A DNA stretch of 64,000 nt, taken from assembly GCA_051002235.1 (NCBI GenBank), contig JBPCMN010000058.1, positions 3,769 through 67,768 on the forward strand, given 5' to 3'. Every line of letters begins with the position of its first letter. Positions within the stretch are counted from its first letter, which is position 1. Below, in pieces: positions 33,503-43,767 of this stretch. This stretch comes from Acidimicrobiia bacterium. Its GTDB lineage: Bacteria; Actinomycetota; Acidimicrobiia; IMCC26256; JACDBD01. Under the pieces are notes generated by a model. It made no database searches. It saw nothing but the letters and a program-made list of their open reading frames with translations, and was not told where the DNA came from. A program made the translations under genes and the position numbers.

Positions 33503-34642
33503 CTACGGTCCCCGGGCCCACTCGTCCTTGAGCTCCGGATGCTCCAGATGGTGGTGGTGGCGGCACAGCAACCGGACGTTGGCGGTCGAGGTCTCGCCGC
33601 CGTCGATCCAGTGGATGTCGTGGTGACCGTCGCACCATTCGGGCGGACGGTCGCAACCGGGTGCCGTGCAGTGCTTGTCCCGAGCGGTGATGGCTCGACG
33701 CAGCGCCGGCGGGATCGAGCGGGTAGCCCGACCTACATCGATGGGCTGGCTGGCGCCATCGGTGATGATGCGGCTGACGCGCGCGTCGCAGGCGAGTCGC
33801 CGCGCGGTTTCGCCGCTGATCGGCTGATCGGAGCGGCCGAGCTCGGCGGCCGGCGCACCGGCGCGGCGCTCTAGCGTGACGAGATCGACCGTGAGGTTGA
33901 GGTGCGGCCGTTCGCCCCCGCTCATGGGCAGATCGCCACGGTCGAGCGCGCGCCGAGCCAACTCGACGAGGGCGTCGGCCCGTCGCTGCGACGGCGTGCG
34001 GGTGTCGTTCGGACGCGGCTTGGCGAGCGGGTCGAGCGCGCTCTTCACCATGGCGGATCCCTCGGCGTCGAGCAGACCGTCGATCGTCTCCATGCCGTCG
34101 AGAATCGGCGACATGTCGAAGCGCCGCCGGTCGTACCGCTCCGCCTCGGACTGTTGGAAGCCGTCCGCGTCGACCACGTGGCGGAAGTGCTCACAGACCT
34201 GGCGGAGGGAGCCGGGGTCGTGGTCCCGGGCGACGTCCACGAGCATGGCTTCGGCCTCGTCCCATTTCTCCGGCTCTAGGCGCTCCCTGCTATCCGCGAG
34301 CACCCGGGTGACCTGCCGGACGTGCTCGTAGCCGATGTCGCCGGCCTCGAACGCGCCGCGCGTCCGGGGCTGGTCACCGAGCCGGCGTGCGATGCGCACC
34401 CGCTCGGACGCGGCACCCGCGGTCATGCGGCCGTGGCGTCGCAGCCACGCTTTGCTCGACAGCGACCCGTCGTCGGCCCAGACGCCCGCCTCGTCCACGA
34501 CCGCGAGGCGCCGCAGCGCCTGTGCCTGGAGCCGCTCGGATTCGCGGAACTGGTCGAGGGCGTCGTCGGCGATCCGCACGACCGGGACCCGGGTCAGGTC
34601 CTCTGCGGCGAGCTCGTCGATTGCGGACTGCAGGCTCCCCAT
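33503..34642 (-). CDS. DUF222 + HNH endonuclease (13E12-repeat-family type)
   Basis: Track ORF of 379 aa. The N-terminus LQSAIDELAAEDL...RLQAQALRRLAVVDEAGVWADDG is DUF222-like. The C-terminus is RDKHCTAPGCDRPPEWCDGHHDIHWIDGGETSTANVRLLCRHHHHLEH. Confidence 0.85.
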   Translation of the reverse strand: MGSLQSAIDELAAEDLTRVPVVRIADDALDQFRESERLQAQALRRLAVVDEAGVWADDGSLSSKAWLRRHGRMTAGAASERVRIARRLGDQPRTRGAFEAGDIGYEHVRQVTRVLADSRERLEPEKWDEAEAMLVDVARDHDPGSLRQVCEHFRHVVDADGFQQSEAERYDRRRFDMSPILDGMETIDGLLDAEGSAMVKSALDPLAKPRPNDTRTPSQRRADALVELARRALDRGDLPMSGGERPHLNLTVDLVTLERRAGAPAAELGRSDQPISGETARRLACDARVSRIITDGASQPIDVGRATRSIPPALRRAITARDKHCTAPGCDRPPEWCDGHHDIHWIDGGETSTANVRLLCRHHHHLEHPELKDEWARGP

Positions 34643-34766
34643 GACCGCCTCCTCGGGAGGGGAACGTATGTTCGTATTCTAACCCTCATCGTCGGAGAAG
34701 GCAACAGATTTCTTCTGGAGGTCTGAAGTTGTGGAAAAGTGACCCTTGCCGGTGGAGAACGGAGCC

Positions 34767-36284
34767 TCAGACCGCGAGCTCGTTCGCGGCGCCGTCGGTG
34801 CGGACCCGCACCGTCCGGCCCTCCCACGCCTCTCCCGTCATCGCCTGCATCACGTCGGGTTCCCGCGAGTTCGCGAGCACCCGCGCGCCCGGCGGGGTGA
34901 GCAGCGACACGATCGCGAGCGACGGCGAACCGTCCCGCTCGATCACGACGGACATCGCCTCCACCGTCGCCTCGCCGTCGTACCCTCCCGCGATCGAACG
35001 ACGCGGTAGCGCGTCGACCTCCGTCTGGGTCTTGGCTGGATCGACGCGCGCGAACCCGTCCGAAGGAGGCGTCGTCGAGTACAAGCCCAACGAATGCTTC
35101 GTCACGTACCAACCGAGCGCGCTCACCATCCCCACCGACCCCGGGTCGCGCCGGCAGGCGTCGACCATCGCCGCGATCGCGTGCGTGGGGTAGTCGTTGG
35201 CAGGCCCGCCCGCGAACGCGAGCCCGCCGGTGACGGTCAACGGCCGCTCGTCCCCGCCGTGTCGCCCGGTCAGCCCGAGCGCTCCCATCGCGATCTGCAC
35301 CGCCGACGGGAAGCAGGAGTAGAGGTCGAAGCGGGCGACGTCATCGAGGTCGACGCCCGCGGCCGCGAACATCGCCCGTCCCGCGATCCCGATCGCAGGC
35401 GACTCGGCCAGCGACGCCCGCTCGGAGAAGAAGAAGTGGTCGTGCGCGTCTGCGCCTGCAAGAGGGAACACCAAGCGGTCATCGGGAACGCCCGCGCTGC
35501 GCGCCGCTTCGTACGAACACAGCAACACGGCCGCGGCCTGGTCGACCTCGATGTTGGCGCACATCCGCTTCGTGTACGGGAACGTGACCATGCGGTTGTC
35601 GGTCGACGGCGTCCGGATCTCCTCCGGCGACCACGCGTCTCGCGACCACGCGAAGGGATTCCCCGCCGCGACCGCCGCGAACGTCGACCACAGCTCGCTC
35701 ACGTACCGCTGGTGCTCCTCGACGCTGCGACCGGCCGCCGCCCGCACTGCCGTCTCCAGCAGCGGATAGATCAGCGTCGGCGCGACCGCCAGGTGCGCCA
35801 TCTCGTAGTCGTTGGTGCCGGGGCGGCCGTCGCCGAGCACCCGCGGGCACGGTGCGTCGTCGGTCTGGGCCCAGTCGAGCCACGTCTTGGGCTCTCGTCG
35901 GGCCCGCAGGCGCGTGTACATCGACTCGGCGCCGCCGAGCAGCACGACGTCGGCGTCGCCGCGGGCGACCGCGGGGGCGAGCTCGTTCACGAGCAGCTGG
36001 GGCGAGTTGCCTCCCAGCGTGGTCGTCACCGACTGCACCGGCGCCTCCCGGCCGAGCCGTCGTGCGAGCAGGGCGCCGGGGTCGAGGTACTTCCACGACA
36101 CGATGTCGACGACGGCCACGGTGTCGGCGGCCGCCGCCAACCCGGGTGCCCCGGCGTCGTCGGCGGCAGCACGCGCCGCCGAGGCCAGCAGGTCGATGGG
36201 CTCGAGCGCGGCCGCCAGGTCCTCGACCCGCTGCAACCGCTGTCCGACCCCGGCGATCACCGGCGTCCGTGGATCGACCGCCAT
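34767..36284 (-). CDS. thiolase-like (acetyl-CoA acetyltransferase family) protein with C-terminal extension
   Basis: Internal ATG (36284-36282) of track ORF 34767..36371 overlaps the stop of the upstream gene (ATGA). The protein reads MAVDPRTPVIAGVGQ...LLGGAESM...NIEVDQAAAVLLCS...VTGGLAFAGGP. Confidence 0.85.
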   Translation of the reverse strand: MAVDPRTPVIAGVGQRLQRVEDLAAALEPIDLLASAARAAADDAGAPGLAAAADTVAVVDIVSWKYLDPGALLARRLGREAPVQSVTTTLGGNSPQLLVNELAPAVARGDADVVLLGGAESMYTRLRARREPKTWLDWAQTDDAPCPRVLGDGRPGTNDYEMAHLAVAPTLIYPLLETAVRAAAGRSVEEHQRYVSELWSTFAAVAAGNPFAWSRDAWSPEEIRTPSTDNRMVTFPYTKRMCANIEVDQAAAVLLCSYEAARSAGVPDDRLVFPLAGADAHDHFFFSERASLAESPAIGIAGRAMFAAAGVDLDDVARFDLYSCFPSAVQIAMGALGLTGRHGGDERPLTVTGGLAFAGGPANDYPTHAIAAMVDACRRDPGSVGMVSALGWYVTKHSLGLYSTTPPSDGFARVDPAKTQTEVDALPRRSIAGGYDGEATVEAMSVVIERDGSPSLAIVSLLTPPGARVLANSREPDVMQAMTGEAWEGRTVRVRTDGAANELAV

Positions 36285-37051
36285 CACCCATCCTCCGGAG
36301 GGACAGGCCAGGCGGGCACGCCCGGCGACGCGCTGTCGGGGCAGATGGAGCGGTAGCGGCAGTGGCCGCACAGCGCGGCGTCGGCCACGCCCGCGAACTC
36401 CTGCTCACCCCACATCGCCTCGACGACCCCGCGTAGCTCCTCTTCGATCGCGGCCAGGTCGTCGTCGTCGGGCTCGAAGGGCTCGGGGTCGTCGAGGACC
36501 TCGGCGGAAAGGAACTCGTAGCGCAACCGCAGGCGGAGCCCCTCGTGCCGGGCGAGCGGCGCGAGTAGCCACACCTGGAGGCGCGCCCGGGGGTCGTCGG
36601 CGACCCGCTCGGTGAACGACTGACCCGTCTTGTAGTCGCGGGCGTCGAGTAGTCCCCGGTGGCGCCAGACCGCGTCGATGCGCCCGGTCGCCATGAACAT
36701 GGGCGCCGGCCGGCGATGGAACCGGGCCCGCTCGACCTCGTGCTCACCGGCGGCGTCGTCGGGCGGACAACGTCGGGCGTGGCGCTCGACGAAACCCTGC
36801 AGCGCGCTCGAACCGTTCAGGCCGTGCGCGGCCAGGGTCCCCTCCACGTGCTCCGCATCGCGGCACGAGCCCTGCTGATGGATGTGGCGGAGGAGGTCGT
36901 GGACCAGCAGGCCCTGGTCGGGCGAGCCGCCGGCATCGCTCTCGGGCAGGCCCAGCAGCTGGGAGGCGAGGAACTCGCGCCGGCACCGCAGCCACGTGTC
37001 GAGCGACGACGCGCTGAGCGGGACGATGTCGCCCAGCAGCCGGTCAGGCAT
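36284..37051 (-). CDS. PD-(D/E)XK nuclease-family protein, Cas4/RecB-like with Fe-S cysteines
   Basis: Track ORF of 255 aa. It has the N-terminal segment SASSLDTWLRCRREF (first Cys), the catalytic core GRIDAVWRHRGLLDARDYKTG, and a C-terminal CGHCRYRSIC. Confidence 0.8.
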   Translation of the reverse strand: MPDRLLGDIVPLSASSLDTWLRCRREFLASQLLGLPESDAGGSPDQGLLVHDLLRHIHQQGSCRDAEHVEGTLAAHGLNGSSALQGFVERHARRCPPDDAAGEHEVERARFHRRPAPMFMATGRIDAVWRHRGLLDARDYKTGQSFTERVADDPRARLQVWLLAPLARHEGLRLRLRYEFLSAEVLDDPEPFEPDDDDLAAIEEELRGVVEAMWGEQEFAGVADAALCGHCRYRSICPDSASPGVPAWPVPPEDG

Positions 37052-37850
37052 GGGCGGCGCAGCCGGCGACGTACCGGCAATGGGCGCACTCGAGGCCGGG
37101 CTGGGGCGTCGGGTCGGCCACCCGCGCGCGGATCACCGCCACCCGTTCGGCGAGCCACGGTCGCACCTCGGCATCCAGCACGCGGTTCACGTCGACCTCG
37201 CGCTCGATCAACGCGCCCTGCACCAGATCAGCCACGCACAGCCGGAGGGACGCGCCGCCGGCCCACCCGGCCACCCGTTCGAGCGCGAACCGCGCCTCGA
37301 TCGACTCGAGCGGGTCGCCCGCGACCGGGCGGCGGGCGCCGACCCGGAGCAGCCGCAGCTCTCGGCGCCCGTCCGCATCCTCGACCGGGAGCCCGGCCGG
37401 TCCGACGAGCCGGACCCCGAGCTCGGCGACGGGCGACTCCCAGTCGTCGAGGTCGACCGCCCGCACCGCGCGATCGCCGAACAGGGTGACGTACCAGCGG
37501 CCGGCGGCCTCGTAGACCCGCTGTTCCTCGGGCTCGAGCCCGGTCACGGCCCGGAACGCGCCGAGCGTCGGGACCGCGATGTCGGTGTGCGCGAGCCTGG
37601 CCGAGTCGAACACACGGTTCGCGACGCGGAACCGCGCGTCCGAGGGACGGTTGCCACGGCGGTCGTGATGCAGGCCGGCCAGCCGGCGGCCGCACATGCT
37701 CTCGGCCCACCGGAGGAGGGCGGGCGTGACGCGAGGCGACTCGGCGTCCACCGGCGCGTCGGTCTGCGTCATCGGGCCGAGGCTACGTCGGCGCCGCGCC
37801 ATGGCCGGGGAAGCGCGCCCGCCTACGGTGCGAACGATGTCGGTCGTCAT
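37044..37850 (-). CDS. Cas4/RecB-like fold protein with Fe-S cysteines but degenerate catalytic motif
   Basis: Track ORF of 268 aa with Cys in WAESMCGRRL and a C-terminal CAHCRYVAGC. The position equivalent to D...(D/E)xK reads PVEDADGRRELRLLRVG. Two starts are possible. ATG at 37850 overlaps the stop of the upstream small ORF (ATGA). ATG at 37772 gives MTQTDAP. The gene overlaps the next one by 8 nt. Confidence 0.65.
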   Translation of the reverse strand: MTTDIVRTVGGRASPAMARRRRSLGPMTQTDAPVDAESPRVTPALLRWAESMCGRRLAGLHHDRRGNRPSDARFRVANRVFDSARLAHTDIAVPTLGAFRAVTGLEPEEQRVYEAAGRWYVTLFGDRAVRAVDLDDWESPVAELGVRLVGPAGLPVEDADGRRELRLLRVGARRPVAGDPLESIEARFALERVAGWAGGASLRLCVADLVQGALIEREVDVNRVLDAEVRPWLAERVAVIRARVADPTPQPGLECAHCRYVAGCAAHA

Positions 37851-38032
37851 GGGTGAGCACGACGACCCTTACGAGGAGTCTGCGTGGGGTCGGCGGGCGC
37901 AGCCTCGCGCTCCTCGGGCTGGGCGCGGTCGCCTTCGTATGGCTCGCGGACCCGCGCCGGGACCTCCTGCCGCGGGTGCTCGTCGAGGAGGCCGGCGAGC
38001 GACGGGAGCTCGAACATGGGGAGGGCCGCCAA
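37847..38032 (-). CDS. small acidic/proline-rich hypothetical protein (61 aa)
   Basis: Track ORF with a TTG start. Third-position G+C is very high for the first ~45 codons in this frame. The plus-strand ORF sharing its third positions (37884..38078) is R/S-rich nonsense. Its stop overlaps ATG 37850. Confidence 0.4.
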   Translation of the reverse strand: MAALPMFELPSLAGLLDEHPRQEVPARVREPYEGDRAQPEEREAAPADPTQTPRKGRRAHP

Positions 38033-38227
38033 GCGGTGCTCGGCGCGGACCAGCTCTCGGTCGAGTGCCTCGGCCTGACCCGGCTCTCAGCTGGTGAGCG
38101 GTTGGGTGCTGCTGTCGAGGGAGGTCAAGGACTTCACCGGGTGGTCGCGAACACACGCATCGTGACGGGTGTGCCGGGGGAGCCCCGGTAGGCTGGGCGT
38201 CGGGATACCGTCCGGCGGGAGGCTCTC

Positions 38228-38692
38228 GTGCGCATCGCTATCGGCTCCGACCATGCTGGCTTCCGCCTCAAGGAGCACCTCAAGCAGGTGCTGAAGGAGG
38301 ACGGCAACGAGGTCGACGACCTCGGGACCGACTCCGAGGAATCGGTTGACTACCCGCCCATTTGCGCAGCCGTGGGTCGCGCGGTCGCCGCCGGCCGGGC
38401 GGAGCGGGGCATCGTCCTCGGTGGCAGCGGTCAAGGCGAGCAACTCGCCGCCAACAAGGTGCGAGGCGTGCGAGCGGCCCTCTGCAACGACCTTTACACC
38501 GCCCGCTTGTCGCGAGAGCACAACGATGCCAACGTGCTCTCGATGGGCGGTCGTATCGTCGGCGAGGGCCTGGCCGACGAGATCGTCCGGCTCTGGCTGG
38601 CGACGCGGTTCGCCGGCGGTCGCCACGCCCGGCGGGTGGGCCAGATCACCGACATCGAGAACGAGACGATCGCGGAGGTCGCGAGCTCATGA
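38228..38692 (+). CDS. rpiB: ribose-5-phosphate isomerase B (RpiB/LacA/LacB family)
   Basis: Track ORF of 154 aa: [17 protein letters not shown]...[24 protein letters not shown]...[12 protein letters not shown]. Confidence 0.9.
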   Translation: MRIAIGSDHAGFRLKEHLKQVLKEDGNEVDDLGTDSEESVDYPPICAAVGRAVAAGRAERGIVLGGSGQGEQLAANKVRGVRAALCNDLYTARLSREHNDANVLSMGGRIVGEGLADEIVRLWLATRFAGGRHARRVGQITDIENETIAEVASS

Positions 38693-39945
38693 CCGATCCA
38701 TTTGCCGCGCTCGAGACCACCGACCCCGCCATCGCCGACGTCGTGCGGCGTGAGGTGGAGCGCCAGAACACCACCCTCCAGCTGATCGCGTCGGAGAACT
38801 TCACGTCGCCGGCGGTGTTGGTGGCCCAGGGCTCGGTGCTCACCAACAAGTACTCCGAGGGGTACCCGCGGAAGCGCTACTACGGCGGGAACTACGTGGT
38901 CGACGAGGCCGAGGAACTGGCGCGTGACCGGGCGTGCGCGCTCTTCGGGGCCGAGCACGCCAACGTGCAGCCCCACTCGGGCGCCAACGCCAACATGGCG
39001 GTGTACCTTGCGCTGCTCCAGCCCGGCGACAAGGTCATGGGGATGCGGCTCGACCAGGGTGGCCACCTCACCCACGGCTCGCCGGTGAACTTCAGCGGGC
39101 GGTTGTACGACTTCGTGGCCTACGGCGTCGACGACGAGTCCGAGACGCTCGTGTACGAGGAGATCCGGGAGCTTGCGAAGCGCGAGCGTCCGAAGATGAT
39201 CGTGGCGGGGGCCACCGCCTACCCCCGCGTCATCGACTTCGATGCCTTCCGGTCGATCGCGGACGAGGTCGGCGCGCTGCTCGTGGTCGACGCCGCCCAT
39301 ATCGCCGGGCTCATCGCCGGCGGCGCGCACCCCTCACCGATCCCGCAGGCCGACGTGGTGACGCTCACCACGCACAAGACGCTGCGCGGCCCCCGGGCCG
39401 GCGCGATCCTGTGCCGCGAGGAGTACGCCGCCGTCATCGACAAGGCCGTGTTCCCCGGTCTCCAAGGCGGGCCGCTGATGCACGTGATCGCGGCCAAGGC
39501 GGTGGCGTTCCACGAGGCGGCCCAGCCCGGGTTCCGCGACTACGCCGCCGGCATCGTCCGCAACGCCCGCGCGCTCGCCACCGGTCTCGTCGACGAGGGG
39601 TTCCGGGTGGTGTCGGCGGGCACCGACAACCACCTGATGCTGGTCGACCTCCGGCCCTTCGGCGTCACCGGCAAGGTCGCCCAGGAGGCGCTCGACCGCG
39701 CCGGCATCACCGTGAACAAGAACGCCATCCCCAACGACCCCGAGAAGCCCTTCGTCACCAGCGGCCTACGCCTCGGTACGGCGGCGGTGACCACCGCGGG
39801 CATGGGCGAGCCCGAGATGGAGGAGATCGCCTCCCTCATCGCCACCGCGCTGCGCACGCCCGACGACGAGGCTGTCGCCACCGACGTCCGCGACGCGGCG
39901 GCGCGCCTCTGCTCGAAGTACACGCCGTATCCAGAGCTCGCCTAG
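38689..39945 (+). CDS. glyA: serine hydroxymethyltransferase
   Basis: ATG at 38689 (ATGA overlap with rpiB) inside track ORF 38362..39945. The protein reads [14 protein letters not shown]...[13 protein letters not shown]...[10 protein letters not shown]. Confidence 0.95.
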   Translation: MTDPFAALETTDPAIADVVRREVERQNTTLQLIASENFTSPAVLVAQGSVLTNKYSEGYPRKRYYGGNYVVDEAEELARDRACALFGAEHANVQPHSGANANMAVYLALLQPGDKVMGMRLDQGGHLTHGSPVNFSGRLYDFVAYGVDDESETLVYEEIRELAKRERPKMIVAGATAYPRVIDFDAFRSIADEVGALLVVDAAHIAGLIAGGAHPSPIPQADVVTLTTHKTLRGPRAGAILCREEYAAVIDKAVFPGLQGGPLMHVIAAKAVAFHEAAQPGFRDYAAGIVRNARALATGLVDEGFRVVSAGTDNHLMLVDLRPFGVTGKVAQEALDRAGITVNKNAIPNDPEKPFVTSGLRLGTAAVTTAGMGEPEMEEIASLIATALRTPDDEAVATDVRDAAARLCSKYTPYPELA

Positions 39946-41147
39946 TGCGTGGCTATTCGGTCGTGCTGGCGGTCGCAGCCGTCAGCACGTTCCTCCTGAC
40001 GTTCGTGGTGCGCCGGCTGGCGGTGCGGGTCGGCGCCGTCTCCGTGCCCGGCCCACGCAGCGTGCACGACCGGCCCACCCCGTCACTGGGCGGCGCCGGC
40101 ATGTTCCTCGGCTTCCTGCTGGCGATGGCCGTCGCATCGCGGATCCCACAGTTCCGCGAGATGTTCGACGACTCGTCCGAGCCGTTCGGGTTGATCCTGG
40201 CGGCGGGGGTGATGTTCGTCGTCGGCGCCCTCGACGACTTCCGCGAGGTCTCGCCGCCGGCCAAGCTCGCCGGCCAGGTCTTCGCCGGCAGCCTGCTCTC
40301 GCTGATGGGCGTGTCGATGCTCTTCTTCCGGCTGCCGTTCGCGAGCACGGAGTACGTCGTGCTCTCGCCCGACCTCGCCCCCCTCGTGACCGTGTTGACC
40401 GTGGTCGTGATGGCGAACGCCATCAACCTCATCGACGGCCTCGACGGTCTCGCCGCCGGCATCGTGATCATCGCCGGATCCGCGCTGTTCCTCTACGCCG
40501 ACCGGCTCTTCAAGGCCGGTCTGCTCGAGGGAACCAACATCGGGCCGCTGGTCGCGGTGATCGCGGTCGGCGTGTGCCTGGGGTTCCTGCCCCACAACTT
40601 TAACCCCGCCCGCATCATCATGGGAGACGCGGGCGCCCTCTTCCTGGGACTGCTCATGGCCACCACCACGATCACGGTCGGGGGCCGCACCGCCGACCAG
40701 TTCAGCGGCCAGACCTACTTCTTCTTCGCGCCCCTCGTCATCCCGGTGGTGATCCTCGGGGTTCCGATCGTCGACACCGTGTTCGCGTTCCTGCGCCGGG
40801 TGTACCGGCGGACCGCGTTCACCGTCGCGGACAAGGACCACCTCCATCACCGGCTCATGCGCCTGGGTCACGGGCCCCGCCGCTCGGTCGTGATCCTCTG
40901 GCTGTGGACCGCGCTGCTCTCGGGGCTGGTGCTGTTCCCGACGTACACCAAGCGCGGGAATGCCATGGTCCCCTTGGGCGTGGCCGCGCTCGGTCTCCTC
41001 CTCTATGTGTACTTCCACCCCGGGGTGCGTTCGGCGCGGGATCCGGTCCTCGACGGGCCCGCACCGAGCGAGCCCGACGTGCAGAGCGAAGCCGAGGTCA
41101 CCCACCTCGATGCCCATCGACGGGCGGCGGAGCAGGGCGGTTCGTAG
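39945..41147 (+). CDS. wecA: undecaprenyl-phosphate GlcNAc-1-phosphate transferase (WecA/Rfe, MraY-family)
   Basis: GTG at 39945 overlaps the glyA stop, in frame within track ORF 38934..41147. It is a multi-TM protein with GALDDFREV, NAINLIDGLDGLA and MGDAGALFLG. Confidence 0.9.
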   Translation: MRGYSVVLAVAAVSTFLLTFVVRRLAVRVGAVSVPGPRSVHDRPTPSLGGAGMFLGFLLAMAVASRIPQFREMFDDSSEPFGLILAAGVMFVVGALDDFREVSPPAKLAGQVFAGSLLSLMGVSMLFFRLPFASTEYVVLSPDLAPLVTVLTVVVMANAINLIDGLDGLAAGIVIIAGSALFLYADRLFKAGLLEGTNIGPLVAVIAVGVCLGFLPHNFNPARIIMGDAGALFLGLLMATTTITVGGRTADQFSGQTYFFFAPLVIPVVILGVPIVDTVFAFLRRVYRRTAFTVADKDHLHHRLMRLGHGPRRSVVILWLWTALLSGLVLFPTYTKRGNAMVPLGVAALGLLLYVYFHPGVRSARDPVLDGPAPSEPDVQSEAEVTHLDAHRRAAEQGGS

Positions 41148-41161
41148 CGCGAGCTCCCCGG

Positions 41162-41191
41162 TTGACGGGCCCCGACGGGGACCGATAGATT
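41162..41191 (+). promoter_or_regulatory. candidate SigA-type promoter of the atp operon
   Basis: TTGACG (41162-41167), an 18-nt spacer, then TAGATT (41186-41191). The short palindrome TGTGA-GCGAAT-TCACA follows. Confidence 0.4.
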
Positions 41192-41226
41192 GTGAGCGAA
41201 TTCACAAAGTCCTCGGGGAGGGCGGC

Positions 41227-41529
41227 GTGGGCGCAGAACCGCACGACCAGGCCAACGAGGAGAACCGGGGGTGGGTCCCGCCCATCGCCGGCTCCCTCTA
41301 CGGCGGGTTCGGGGAGGCGCTGGCCCAGGCGTTCGAGTTCGCCGTCATCCCGGTGCTGTTCGGCGTGCTGGGCCTCTGGCTCGACGGGCGACTCGGCACC
41401 CGGCCGTGGCTCACCGTGGTGCTTCTGGTCGTCGGGATCACCGGGGTGGTAGCCCGGGCGATCTACGTGTACAAGGCGCGGGTGGAAGCGGAGGAGGAGG
41501 GGAAGCCGTGGACGCGACGCCGCAGGTAG
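41227..41529 (+). CDS. AtpZ/AtpI-like small membrane protein (putative F0F1 ATPase accessory subunit)
   Basis: In-frame GTG within track ORF 40960..41529. The product has two hydrophobic helices (FAVIPVLFGVLGLWLD and WLTVVLLVVGITGVVA). The start is uncertain. Confidence 0.55.
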   Translation: MGAEPHDQANEENRGWVPPIAGSLYGGFGEALAQAFEFAVIPVLFGVLGLWLDGRLGTRPWLTVVLLVVGITGVVARAIYVYKARVEAEEEGKPWTRRRR

Positions 41530-41962
41530 AGCGGTCGATCGCCCTCGACCTCGCTCGTCACGCGCTCTACGTGGCTCCTGCCGTCGTACTCGTGGCCGGG
41601 CTCGTGCGGGGCGTCGACGGCGCCGCCAGCGCCGGGCTCGGCGTCGCGCTCGCGATTGCCAACTTCCTGGCCACCGCCACCGGGCTGGCCTGGGGCGCGC
41701 GACGCTCTCCCGCCACGCTCGCCGCCGTCGCCATGGGCGGGTTCGTCGTGCGCATGGGCGTCCTGCTCGGCGCGATGCTGCTCGCCGACGCGTTGTTCGG
41801 CTGGGTCGACGTCATCGTCCTGGGCATCACGCTCTTCGCCGCCCATCTCGGGTTGCTGTTCTGGGAGCTAAGGTCCGTCAGCCTCACGCTGGCCGCGCCC
41901 GGCTTGCGCCGTGACCGCAGTATCACCCCACCGACGCGTACCGGACCGGAAGGAGTGACCGA

Positions 41963-41966
<4 letters not shown>
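41508..41966 (+). CDS. atpI: ATP synthase protein I
   Basis: GTG at 41508 behind GGAGGAGGAGGG, in frame within track ORF 41271..41966. The product is a hydrophobic four-helix protein, and its stop overlaps the atpB GTG. Confidence 0.7.
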
Positions 41967-43064
<1,098 letters not shown>

Positions 43065-43073
43065 GAGCGACCG

Positions 43074-43760
43074 ATGCGGATGCGAACGCTGTTCGCGAGC
43101 TTCGGCCTGGGGTTGCTGGTGGCGATCGCCGCTCCCGGCGTCGCCGCCGCCGGTGAGAGCGGCGGCGAATCGACGGAGGAGCCCGATATCGACCACGCCT
43201 CCGAGGAGTGCATCCATCTCCTCGAGGACGGCGGCGAGATCGACGACTGCCAGGAGGCTCCGAGCCCGATCCTGCCCGAGGCCAACGAGATCATCTGGGG
43301 CGGGATCGCCTTCCTGATCCTGCTCGGCATCCTCTGGAAGTACGCGCTCCCGGGCGTGCAGAACATGATGAAGCAGCGCGAGGACCGCATCCGGGGCGAC
43401 CTCGAGCGGGCCGAGCAGGCCAAGACCGAGGGCGAAGGCGTGCTCGCGGAGTACCAGCGCCAGCTGGCCGACGCCCGCAACGAAGCCGGGCGCATCATCG
43501 AGGAAGCGCGGCAGTCGGCCGACCAGCTCAAGCGCGACCTGACGGCGCGAGCCGAGGCCGAGGCGGCCCAGATCCGGGAGCGGGCGAGCCAGGACGTGCA
43601 GCTCGCGACCGAGCGGGCCACCACCGACCTCCAGAGCCGGATGGCCGAGCTCTCCATCGAGCTGGCGGAGAAGGTGGTCGAGCGCAGCCTCGACCGCGAC
43701 ACCCAGCTCGCGCTCATCGAGAGCTACATCAGCGACCTGGGGAACGGCCGCCGAGGATGA
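43074..43760 (+). CDS. atpF: F0F1 ATP synthase subunit b with N-terminal extension
   Basis: Track ORF of 228 aa. The canonical part starts around IIWGGIAFLILLGILWKYALPGVQNMMKQRED. About 70 extra N-terminal residues precede it. Confidence 0.9.
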   Translation: MRMRTLFASFGLGLLVAIAAPGVAAAGESGGESTEEPDIDHASEECIHLLEDGGEIDDCQEAPSPILPEANEIIWGGIAFLILLGILWKYALPGVQNMMKQREDRIRGDLERAEQAKTEGEGVLAEYQRQLADARNEAGRIIEEARQSADQLKRDLTARAEAEAAQIRERASQDVQLATERATTDLQSRMAELSIELAEKVVERSLDRDTQLALIESYISDLGNGRRG

Positions 43761-43767
43761 GGACGCG

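Noticed and set aside
34767-36371. A longer 534-aa start for the thiolase-like gene.
   Set aside because: The extra 29 residues (MRPLPLPLHLPRQRVAG...) overlap the upstream nuclease gene. The ATG at 36284 gives the family-typical N-terminus and an ATGA coupling.
38934-39944. The N-terminal 337 aa of the 737-aa track ORF preceding WecA.
   Set aside because: It overlaps glyA out of frame with Arg-rich nonsense. The WecA homology starts at GTG 39945.
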